From an uncultured Chroococcidiopsis sp. (GTDB lineage: Bacteria > Cyanobacteriota > Cyanobacteriia > Cyanobacteriales > Chroococcidiopsidaceae): DNA of 64,000 nt. Made by a program: the position numbers and the translations under genes. Shown here one piece after another: positions 28,534-37,244 of the stretch. Under the pieces are notes generated by a model that did not search any database, was not told where the DNA came from, and saw only the letters and a list, made by a program, of their open reading frames with translations. Positions within the stretch are counted from its first letter, which is position 1. Every line of letters begins with the position of its first letter. The stretch is from positions 1 to 64,000 of the forward strand of contig CAXTYC010000013.1 in NCBI GenBank assembly GCA_964248365.1. Reading direction: 5' to 3'.

Positions 28534-28882
28534 GACTCAAAGCTATTAAGAAACTCACTAACAATAGAGCCAGTAGCAAAAGCCAAAAAGAATTACGTCT
28601 AAGCCAATTTTGAAAGGCGATCGCTGGACGAGGATTTTTTTGCTGTATTTGCTGCTTTTGCTCTATATTGTGGTACAATGTACAATCCTTAGCATAGGGA
28701 CGCTGGGGAAATGTACAAGTATCATCAGCATGGTAGGTGCAACTGTCGCATAAATACTGCTCACCAGTTGCGCGGTGCAAAGGTATACCAGGATGACCGT
28801 AAGCTTTTAAGGATGTGCGGCAATAGGGACAGCTAACCGCCAGGGCATCCACTGGTTGACGACAATGGGGACAATTTGGCAT
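28526..28882 (-). CDS. zinc-ribbon protein with C-terminal TM
   Basis: CPHC..CPYC, CDSC..C..C; ATG at 28882 overlaps the upstream stop (TAATG). Confidence 0.75.
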   Translation of the reverse strand: MPNCPHCRQPVDALAVSCPYCRTSLKAYGHPGIPLHRATGEQYLCDSCTYHADDTCTFPQRPYAKDCTLYHNIEQKQQIQQKNPRPAIAFQNWLRRNSFWLLLLALLLVSFLIALSHV

Positions 28883-29202
28883 TAGACTAACAAAGATTGC
28901 GACGGAGGATTGCAAACTTGATACTCAGATGATTCAATTAATTTGTAGGTATTACCCATTTGTTGGCTAAACCTTTGTTCAATTTCTTGGAGTTGCTCAA
29001 AAGGAATAGACTTCCACTGTTCTCGTGTTGCCCAACGAATTACCAGGATGACGAGTGTGGGTTCCTTGGGGTTGAGCCAAACTTCTTTACCGAGAAATCC
29101 AGGGTAATGGGCTAAAGCCTGTGTCCAAATTTCTGCATCTTTCTGAATAAACTGTTCTCTATGTTCGGGAGCAACTTTAACCTTGAGTAACTCGATTACC
29201 AC
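28882..29202 (-). CDS. TIGR03792-like ABM-fold cyanobacterial protein
   Basis: MVIE.LK.KV..E.RE.FIQ.D..IWT..L..YPGFLGKEVW. Confidence 0.75.
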   Translation of the reverse strand: MVIELLKVKVAPEHREQFIQKDAEIWTQALAHYPGFLGKEVWLNPKEPTLVILVIRWATREQWKSIPFEQLQEIEQRFSQQMGNTYKLIESSEYQVCNPPSQSLLV

Positions 29203-29506
29203 GCTATTATCTCTCTTACCAAGAAGAAGACAGGAGCCAGGAGACCCACGTCAGGAGACCCACGATAGAATAGTTAATTACTCACGAAAGATAGCCATAA
29301 ATAGCCTAAAGATTGCTTTGTTCTGACTTGTGACTTGTGACTTGTGACTTGTGTCTTCTGTCTCCTTTTGACCTCTCCCGTAGTTACAATTTTAAATTTG
29401 CCAGAATAGAACTGTAAGTGTTTATAGTTTACGCTTCCAGCATAGCTTGATTGCCGATGTTAAGGAGCGCAGACGGTCTAGTACTTGGTAATGGGACAGA
29501 GGCAGG

Positions 29507-29830
29507 ATGGACAACAATAATTGGATTAAACAGCTAGTGATGCTCGGTATCGGTACAACTTCTGTGGTGGCAGAGAAACTGCGGGAAGTGAGCGATGATT
29601 TAGTCAAGGATGGGAAGCTCAATCCCGAACAAGCCAAAGCAGTTATGGATGACTTGATGCAGCACCTCAAGTCAGAGCAGGGTAACTTTGAGGCACAAAT
29701 GCAACGGCAGATGCGAAATGCGTTGCAAGATTTAGGTGTACCCCGCCAGGCTGAAATGGACGAATTGCGGGGTCGAATTGACCGCCTAGAGCGCCAAATA
29801 CGCGACTTGGAAAATAAGCTCTGGCGTTGA
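29507..29830 (+). CDS. phasin-like (PhaF/PhaI-related) coiled-coil protein
   Basis: LGIG...EKL....D.LVKDGKL..EQAK; LGVPRQ.E.DELR.RIDRLE. Confidence 0.75.
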   Translation: MDNNNWIKQLVMLGIGTTSVVAEKLREVSDDLVKDGKLNPEQAKAVMDDLMQHLKSEQGNFEAQMQRQMRNALQDLGVPRQAEMDELRGRIDRLERQIRDLENKLWR

Positions 29831-30024
29831 GGGTAATAACGGGGGGAAGCTCGTGGAACTAGTGGCTAGGCGCGAGATGTCCGGCAAAGGATGTCTCTAC
29901 ATAACTAATGACTGACAAAGGACAAAGGACAATTTGATTTACTAATTGAGCGTGGATGGCATTAGACTAGAACACGTTGCAAAAAGCCAACGGAGTTAAT
30001 TTAGTCAGCCTCGGAGGACTAATT

Positions 30025-30519
30025 TTGAGAAATATTCTCATCAGCTTTGGAGTGATGCTGGTCTGCGTGTTAGTTTTGGTGTTGGCTCAATTCAATGGGC
30101 AACCCAATAGCGCACTCGCAGAGCAACCGCTTCAAAAAAAACCTGCACCGACTAAGGTAAATCAAATGTCAGATGACAAAGTTATTACTACCGAATCAGG
30201 ACTGAAGTACACCGAGATCAAAGAGGGAACCGGAGCAACTCCTAAAAAGGGTCAAACAGTCACGGTTCACTACACTGGTACTTTAGAAGATGGTACTAAG
30301 TTTGATAGTTCACGCGATCGCGGTCAACCTTTTTCTTTCAAGCTAGGTGTCGGACAAGTAATCAAAGGTTGGGACGAAGGACTAAGTACCATGAAAGTGG
30401 GTGAACGTCGTAAGTTAATCATTCCGCCAGAATTGGGTTATGGCGCGAGGGGTGCTGGTGGCGTAATTCCGCCTAACGCCACGCTCATTTTTGATGTTGA
30501 GTTGCTCAAAATCAGCTAG
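30025..30519 (+). CDS. FKBP-type peptidyl-prolyl isomerase
   Basis: [48 protein letters not shown] 30025 follows GGAGG. Confidence 0.95.
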   Translation: MRNILISFGVMLVCVLVLVLAQFNGQPNSALAEQPLQKKPAPTKVNQMSDDKVITTESGLKYTEIKEGTGATPKKGQTVTVHYTGTLEDGTKFDSSRDRGQPFSFKLGVGQVIKGWDEGLSTMKVGERRKLIIPPELGYGARGAGGVIPPNATLIFDVELLKIS

Positions 30520-30620
30520 ATATATTCCCCAGCTGCTAGTTCCTAGTTTGCCACCCATGCCCACCATTATCAGATTTGGTGGGCATTGCCCACCCTACTG
30601 GTAACGAAAGCACCCGAAGA

Positions 30621-31994
30621 TTAATAATTGTTGGATTTGGCTAAATTAACAAACTTGGTCAGATTTGGATCGAATAGTAGCTTAACAGTTCCAGTTGGAC
30701 CATTACGATGTTTTGCTATTATCACTTCAGCGACATTCCTATCTGGAGAATCAGGATTATAGTAGCTATCTCTGTAAAGCATAATAACTAAATCCGCGTC
30801 TTGCTCTATGCTTCCGCTTTCACGTAAATCAGACATCATCGGACGTTTATTTGTCCTAGCTTCGACACCACGACTTAGCTGAGATAAAGCAATAATTGGA
30901 GTATTTAATTCACGGGCTAAACCTTTAAGACTTCGCGTAATTTTTGATAGTTCTTGCACTCGATTATCGCCGCTACCCTCCATTAGTTGCAAATAATCGA
31001 TCAGAATTAAACCCATGTCTTTTTTCTGTTCTGCCTGAAGACGACGCGCTTGACTACGCATCTCTGTTACGGTAATATTTGGCGTATCATCAATAAAAAT
31101 TGGCAGTTCATTGAGATTCCCTAGAGCAACGCTCAGCTTTTCCCATTCATTCTGACTAATAAGTCCCTTTCGCAAACGTTGGCTTTCAATTCCCGCCTCG
31201 CTAGATAATAACCGTTGCACTAGCTGCTCTTGTGACATCTCCAAACTAAAAATGCCAACTGGGAGTTTATGTATTGCGGCGATGTTATATGCCAAATTGA
31301 GAGCAAAGCTTGTTTTTCCCATTGCTGGGCGACCAGCGACGATAATTAAATCAGAACGCTGGAAACCACCAGTCATCGCATCCAAGTCATAAAAATTACA
31401 CGCAAGACCAGGCAGAGCAATGCCTTGATTATGACTCTCGATATCCTGAAAAGTCTGGATAAGTGTCTCAGAAATAGAAACTAAGCCTTGCTGCGGGCGT
31501 TCTTGAGTGATACCAAAAACTTTTTGTTCTGCCTGGTCTAGGACAGTTGGTAACTCTTTGTCTGTCTCGAAACCCAAATGAACAATTTGGGTACCTGCTT
31601 TAATTAGTTCGCGGCGTAGGTACTTATCCATCACCAACGCTGCTAAAGTATCAATATTAACCGCTGAGACAGTGCGATCCACTAGCTGCGCTAACTTACT
31701 TTTGCCTCCCACTTTATCTAGCTTCTTGTGGTCACTCAGCCAAGCAGTGAGCGATAGTAAATCCGTTGGCTTACCTGTGGTGTAGAGTTGGAGGGCTGCT
31801 TGATAGATATCTTTGTGGGCGCTAATGTAAAATGCATCTGCTACGAGACGGTCAGAAACTCGGCTGATCGCTTCGGGATCTAGCAGAATTCCTCCCAAAA
31901 TCGCCTCTTCCACTTCGATATTTTGGGGAGGGAGGCGATCGCTACCTAGCCCTTGAAAACCGTTTTCAGTATACATAAAAAAATTAAAAGGCAA
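30621..31994 (-). CDS. dnaB: replicative DNA helicase, no intein
   Basis: AGRPAMGKT, FSLEMS, IDYLQLM, SQLSR, DLRESGSIEQDAD. Confidence 0.97.
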   Translation of the reverse strand: MPFNFFMYTENGFQGLGSDRLPPQNIEVEEAILGGILLDPEAISRVSDRLVADAFYISAHKDIYQAALQLYTTGKPTDLLSLTAWLSDHKKLDKVGGKSKLAQLVDRTVSAVNIDTLAALVMDKYLRRELIKAGTQIVHLGFETDKELPTVLDQAEQKVFGITQERPQQGLVSISETLIQTFQDIESHNQGIALPGLACNFYDLDAMTGGFQRSDLIIVAGRPAMGKTSFALNLAYNIAAIHKLPVGIFSLEMSQEQLVQRLLSSEAGIESQRLRKGLISQNEWEKLSVALGNLNELPIFIDDTPNITVTEMRSQARRLQAEQKKDMGLILIDYLQLMEGSGDNRVQELSKITRSLKGLARELNTPIIALSQLSRGVEARTNKRPMMSDLRESGSIEQDADLVIMLYRDSYYNPDSPDRNVAEVIIAKHRNGPTGTVKLLFDPNLTKFVNLAKSNNY

Positions 31995-32083
31995 AAGATA
32001 AAGAGATTCTACTCTTCACTTTTACCTATATTGTTCCAATATTTGCAGGAGTTACGCTAATTGACGAAAAATTTTTTGGTAGT

Positions 32084-32142
32084 CGTAGCACTGCTACGTC
32101 TGTACAGGTAGAGACGTAGCACTGCTACGTCTGTACAGGTAG
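32084..32142. repeat. tandem pair of a palindromic small dispersed repeat
   Basis: CGTAGCACTGCTACGTCTGTACAGGTAG at 32084-32111 and 32115-32142; related copy near 62702-62726. Confidence 0.85.
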
Positions 32143-32194
32143 TTGGTAACTGGTAACTGGTAACTGGTAACTGTTATTACCCATTACCCAATGA

Positions 32195-32653
32195 CTATTC
32201 AGCTACTACGTTAATTTCTACCGTTGCTGTCACTTCTGGATGCAACTTGACGAGGGCGTTGTAAGTACCAGTCTTGCTAATATCAGGTAATGTAATTCCT
32301 CGGCGATCTACTTCTTGATTAATTGCTTGTTGAATCAAAGCTGCAACTTCTCGGTCGGTGACAGTACCGAAAATAGCATCTTTTTCCCCTACCTGCTTGG
32401 CAATGGTGAAGCTGCCAACTTTTTCCAAAGCAGCTTTCAGTTCTTGTGCCTGCTGCTTTAATTCTAATTGCCGCTGGCGTTCTTGTTCTCTTCTGCGTTC
32501 TACTTGCTTTAGAATACCAGGAGTAGCTTGAACTGCCATTTTATTAGGCAGCAAATAATTACGGGCATAGCCAGGAGCAACTTCTACTAAGTCACCATTT
32601 CTTCCCAGCTTGATTACATCTTGATTTAAAACTAATTGCACTCGCTTCGCCAT
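32195..32653 (-). CDS. rplI: 50S ribosomal protein L9
   Basis: [25 protein letters not shown]. Confidence 0.97.
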   Translation of the reverse strand: MAKRVQLVLNQDVIKLGRNGDLVEVAPGYARNYLLPNKMAVQATPGILKQVERRREQERQRQLELKQQAQELKAALEKVGSFTIAKQVGEKDAIFGTVTDREVAALIQQAINQEVDRRGITLPDISKTGTYNALVKLHPEVTATVEINVVAE

Positions 32654-32985
32654 GAGCTTTCCTGTATTGTCTCAATTTCTTGGTTTAGGGAAGAAGGATA
32701 ATGGTAGCTTTCATATACCCATCCCTCTAAAGCATCTGGTTTTTGATTACCAGTTACTTGATATAGAGTCAGACATTAGATCATAGCAAAATGCCGTAAG
32801 TTGTGCCTATGGCAATTTAATAATGCTGTTTTAATAATACTGGCGTGGGGCGAGCAGTGCTGGTATTCTCGTTTTGAAGACAAAAGAGACAAACGATTGC
32901 CCCAGCGCATTCGCACAAAACCACCTGCTACCTCAGTTGCCTAAAGCACCGATTGCTGATAATAGTTATATCTTTGTCTGATCGA

Positions 32986-33744
32986 TTATTCTAGTGCTGC
33001 TTGGGCAAACGCAGTGTTACCTGGTAATGCTATGTGCCAGTCGCGCAAGGTTTCTACTTCGACTTCGGGGTTGAGAAATTGCCCTTCAAGTAAGTGTCCC
33101 CCAGCTTTGCGATCGCTTGTAATAAAGTGAAAGTGGTAGCCGACGACGTTTACACTCTTAAGGTATTGCGGCATCCGAAATCCCACTAATGTACCTCGCA
33201 CATTCCGCAGCTCAAAGACGGTCTGCTGCTGGCTAACCACGTCATTCAACGGGGGATAAGGTTGCCTTTGTTTGGGTACGCTTCGCACTTTCAAGTAGGG
33301 AAAAATGCCCTGTATGCGAATTGCATAGGGCAGGTTTTGCGTTGGTAATTGTTGGTCGATTTGCTGCTGCAATGCCAGGTAAGTCAATTGCTTCCTGATT
33401 GAGAGCGATCGCTCTCTACGGAAAAACGTAACAGTAGCAAACGGCGTTTGCATCTCATCCCTGACCGAATAGGCAACACCATCAGTTTTGATTTGATAGA
33501 ACTTGCCATCAAGCACAACCAGCTCTCCATCTAGCCCCTCTAAGCTTCCTAACCCAAAGTTACCTTGCACTTTGAGTTCACCGATGTTTGCGGCTCCTTC
33601 ATACACTCCATTATTTAGCGCTCCAAATGTAGAAACCTGAAATCCTTGATGATGTTGGAGAATTTGTTGGGAATAGGCAGGTAGCACACTGATTGAAATT
33701 GCAATGAGCAATAACCACAACCACAAATAGCGTTTTAGTTTCAT
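32986..33744 (-). CDS. budA: alpha-acetolactate decarboxylase with signal peptide
   Basis: GNFGLGSLEGLDGEL, TPFA, VRSVP.Q, GYHFHF...GGHL. Confidence 0.88.
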   Translation of the reverse strand: MKLKRYLWLWLLLIAISISVLPAYSQQILQHHQGFQVSTFGALNNGVYEGAANIGELKVQGNFGLGSLEGLDGELVVLDGKFYQIKTDGVAYSVRDEMQTPFATVTFFRRERSLSIRKQLTYLALQQQIDQQLPTQNLPYAIRIQGIFPYLKVRSVPKQRQPYPPLNDVVSQQQTVFELRNVRGTLVGFRMPQYLKSVNVVGYHFHFITSDRKAGGHLLEGQFLNPEVEVETLRDWHIALPGNTAFAQAALE

Positions 33745-33822
33745 GCCCTTTTCCTACTTGAAATGACTTTATTTTCGTTTTACAATGTAGTAGGATGGCT
33801 AACGCACACAAAAGCCTAATTA

Positions 33823-34596
33823 TTAAAATCTATCTTTCATTCCCCGCAGACGGGCAAAGGTTTGCACTGCATCTTGACTATTCACGGATGCTTGCAATAC
33901 AGGTTGATTCCAACGTAAAAATGGGTTAGTACGCTTTTCTATGCCCAAAATTGAGGGTATAGTTGCCTCGTCTCGACTACAGGCGGCTTTTACATCGGCA
34001 AACCGAGATTGTAGTTCTTGGTTACTAGCATCAACTGTGAGAGCAAATTGCAGATTTTTCAAAGTGTATTCGTGGGCGCACCAGACTCGCGTATTATCTG
34101 GTAAATTCCGCAGCTTACTCAGGGATTCAACCATTTGGTAGGGTGTACCTTCAAATAATCGTCCACAGCCGCCAGCAAATAAGGTATCCCCACAGAATAA
34201 TTCTCCAGGCTCTTCAGCAGATGTGGGAGGGAAGTAGTAGGCTATATGAGCGCGGGTATGTCCAGGGACAAAGAAAATAACGCCTGTGCGATCGCCAAAA
34301 GTGACGCGATCGCCTTCTTGCAAAAACACCTGTTGTCCAGGTATCCTCCCTCGATCGTCGGCTCCCCCGTATACTGTAACCAAGGGATATTGTTGTATTA
34401 GCCGCAGATTCCCACCGACATGATCGTGATGATGGTGAGTGTTAAAAATCGCTACTAGCGATGCATCGAGCTGTTGCAGTTGCAGTAATACTGGTTCAGC
34501 TTCTGCTGGATCTACAACCGCGGCAATATTTTGCTCTCGATCATATAGTAAAAAGATGTAATTGTCACAGAGCGCATTAAGTCGAATTATTTGCAT
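33823..34596 (-). CDS. gloB: hydroxyacylglutathione hydrolase (glyoxalase II)
   Basis: [36 protein letters not shown]. Confidence 0.95.
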   Translation of the reverse strand: MQIIRLNALCDNYIFLLYDREQNIAAVVDPAEAEPVLLQLQQLDASLVAIFNTHHHHDHVGGNLRLIQQYPLVTVYGGADDRGRIPGQQVFLQEGDRVTFGDRTGVIFFVPGHTRAHIAYYFPPTSAEEPGELFCGDTLFAGGCGRLFEGTPYQMVESLSKLRNLPDNTRVWCAHEYTLKNLQFALTVDASNQELQSRFADVKAACSRDEATIPSILGIEKRTNPFLRWNQPVLQASVNSQDAVQTFARLRGMKDRF

Positions 34597-34737
34597 TAAA
34601 TTTGACCCTTTTAATATAGTTAGTAGTCTGGCAATGCCGTGCTAACGGTTATTCAAAACTTAAAAATAAATACTATTTTTATTACTGTTTTAATTTGCCT
34701 AGGTTAATGAATAAGGTGGGCAATGCCCACCCTACGT

Positions 34738-35109
34738 TTACCAAAAATCAATGTTAAAAGCTTGAAATCCTTCTTTCTCTGCTAAAGCTAACATACTGTT
34801 TAGCTGATACCAAACTAGTAAACCAGTAAATAATGTAAGTGGGATTCCTACTGCATAAGAAAGAAAAGATGTAAAGCCAAAAATTTCTAACCCCGAGGAA
34901 AGAAACATACAAACACCGATAGCAATTCCTAAAAACGGAAAAATTAACTGTGTAGTTGGCAGCTTAGGTTTTTGATTCACAGCACGAGCATCTGACAATT
35001 TCTGCACGATTTGTTTGAGTGTGGCTGAAAATGCTGTGCCAGAAGTTAATGCTACTAATAAGCCAGCAATTAGTACGAAATAGGGCGGCTCTGCTGGAAA
35101 GTAGTACAT
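34738..35109 (-). CDS. conserved cyanobacterial 3-TM membrane protein
   Basis: MYYFP.EPPYF N-terminus, three hydrophobic segments, co-oriented within the cluster. Confidence 0.7.
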   Translation of the reverse strand: MYYFPAEPPYFVLIAGLLVALTSGTAFSATLKQIVQKLSDARAVNQKPKLPTTQLIFPFLGIAIGVCMFLSSGLEIFGFTSFLSYAVGIPLTLFTGLLVWYQLNSMLALAEKEGFQAFNIDFW

Positions 35110-35167
35110 GGAAAATTCCTAGTTTTGATGTTGGATGTTTTTAATTATGAATGATCCCAATCGCATT

Positions 35168-36883
35168 TCAAGAATGCTTATTTTGAAATGCTGTAAAAGA
35201 AGGTACGGCGACAGGTTCGATCGCCCCGATTCTCTCTTGCGATAAACTAGTTAAAGCTTCGATCGCAGCATCAAACAGACGGGCTGGCTTTAATTCATCC
35301 TTAACTAAATTCCAGATTCTTTGCACTTCTGCGGTGTGAAGGCGATCGTCTTCGGTGAGTGCCAAAACTAATTGTTGCCTGAGAAACTTACCTTCGGGCG
35401 AAAGGAGAAATTGTAAGCCAAGTTGTGCTGTAGGTAATAGATCGAAGTTTTTATCGCTACTTGCGATCGCAATCAAGTTTTCTAACCGCTGCCACTGGAA
35501 TTTACCATCTTTGAATAACACGTTCAGCAACCGCCGTCGTAATTGGGGCGTTTCCCCCGTCAGTAACCGCCGCGCTACGTAGGGATAGGAAACTTCAACT
35601 ATGCTGAAATTAGGATTAAGGCTAAGTGCTATACCTTCTTGCGTCACTAGGGAGCGAATAATTAAAGCAAATTTTGCTGGTACTCGGAAGGGATATTCAT
35701 ACATCAACTCTGAAAAAGAATCCGTGATTGATTTGAAGTTAAAATCTCTCACGTTTTTACCAATTGCATCCCCTAACACAGCTTCTAAGGCTGGCACAAT
35801 GGGACGAATATCTGTGTCTGGAGTTAGAAACCCTAGCTTGACAAAATCCTCAGCTAAATCTAAATAGTCTTTATTGATTAGATGCACGATCGCATCTACC
35901 AAAGTTTCTTTTGTTGTTTCTTCCAACTGATCCATCATGCCAAAGTCGATATAAGCCATTCGACCATCAAGCGTGGCAAACAAGTTACCAGGATGGGGAT
36001 CAGCATGGAAAAATCCGTATTCTAGTAGCTGTTTTAACCCTGCCGTTACACCAATTTCGATTAAAGCATTTGTGTCCAACCCAGCGGATTCAATTCGTTG
36101 GGTATCTGTAAGTTTAAAACCGTTGATCCACTCTAAGGTAAGGACACGGTTGCTGGTGTAGCGCCAGTAAATAGCTGGGACTTTGACTCGCGGATCGTTG
36201 CGGAAATTAGTGGCAAATTTTTCGGCATTGCGCCCTTCGTTGAGATAATCAATCTCTTCAAATAGCTTTGTACCAAACTCGTCTACGATCAGCGTCAGGT
36301 CGTGACCAAGATTCAAAGGTAGCCAAGGAGCTAGCCACCCAGCAGCCCACCGCATTAAGTACAAATCGAGGGTAAGTGTGGGGCGCAGGTTGGGGCGTTG
36401 GACTTTGATCGCTACTTCTTCACCACTGTAGAGCCTACCTCGGTACACTTGACCCAAACTAGCAGCAGCTACAGGGTTGGGCGAGATTTCTCTATATATT
36501 TCTACCAGCGATCGCCCCAGTTCTGTTTCTATGATTTGGTAAGCAACCGCCTGCTCAAATGGTGGTAGTTGATCTTGTAACTTGATCAGTTCGTCTAAAA
36601 AATCTTTTCTAATTAGGTCTGGACGAGTGGAGAGAGCTTGACCTACTTTGATAAATGTGGGACCTAGACGAGTGAGAATTTCTCTTAGCTGGGCGGCTCG
36701 TTTTAACTTGTTTTGCTCAACCGAGTTTTGCCATTCATCCCACTTCAAACCTAAAATAAACCCAGCAAAAAACCAAATAATTTTGAAAGCTCGCCAGAAT
36801 GCTAACCAGGGACGGTAGCGATAGTATTGTGCGATCGCTTCTGGATTGTAGCGCTTTAGCTGAGCAAGTTGATACTGAGCCAC
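35168..36883 (-). CDS. ABC1/UbiB (AarF) atypical kinase
   Basis: LGPTFIKVGQ.LSTRPD, AAASLGQVY, VAIKVQRP, FFHADPHPGN, DFGMM. Confidence 0.93.
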   Translation of the reverse strand: MAQYQLAQLKRYNPEAIAQYYRYRPWLAFWRAFKIIWFFAGFILGLKWDEWQNSVEQNKLKRAAQLREILTRLGPTFIKVGQALSTRPDLIRKDFLDELIKLQDQLPPFEQAVAYQIIETELGRSLVEIYREISPNPVAAASLGQVYRGRLYSGEEVAIKVQRPNLRPTLTLDLYLMRWAAGWLAPWLPLNLGHDLTLIVDEFGTKLFEEIDYLNEGRNAEKFATNFRNDPRVKVPAIYWRYTSNRVLTLEWINGFKLTDTQRIESAGLDTNALIEIGVTAGLKQLLEYGFFHADPHPGNLFATLDGRMAYIDFGMMDQLEETTKETLVDAIVHLINKDYLDLAEDFVKLGFLTPDTDIRPIVPALEAVLGDAIGKNVRDFNFKSITDSFSELMYEYPFRVPAKFALIIRSLVTQEGIALSLNPNFSIVEVSYPYVARRLLTGETPQLRRRLLNVLFKDGKFQWQRLENLIAIASSDKNFDLLPTAQLGLQFLLSPEGKFLRQQLVLALTEDDRLHTAEVQRIWNLVKDELKPARLFDAAIEALTSLSQERIGAIEPVAVPSFTAFQNKHS

Positions 36884-37244
36884 GCTTTATTTGCCTCTTA
36901 ACAATCAAAAATTTACACTTGTTGATTCACCAGGCGAACCACGAATCATTTATAACTACAAGTTACTTGTCTTTTTTTACTCAAACAATCAACTATAGTA
37001 TTCGCAGATCGCTTTAGCCTATATATCAACAAATAGATTAAACTGTTAAATCTTATCTTTTTCTTAATTATAGTATATAAAAGTACAAATATTTTATAAC
37101 AAAACTTAATGAAGGGACTAAGGAGAGACAGGGGAAGGATGAAGGATGAAGGATGAAGTGTGAAATTTCCCATGCCCGCCTTTAGCCTTTCCCCTTTTCC
37201 CTTTCCCCTTTATACTTCAACCTTTATCCTTCATCCTTTACACT

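Noticed and set aside
32084..32172. palindromic tandem repeat as a CRISPR array
   Set aside because: Only two 28-bp units 3 bp apart, no spacers, no cas genes; related copies are dispersed elsewhere
32789..32944. short plus-strand frame between rplI and budA (…LAWGEQCWYSRFEDK…)
   Set aside because: No clear start or family; may be a gene remnant but cannot be supported
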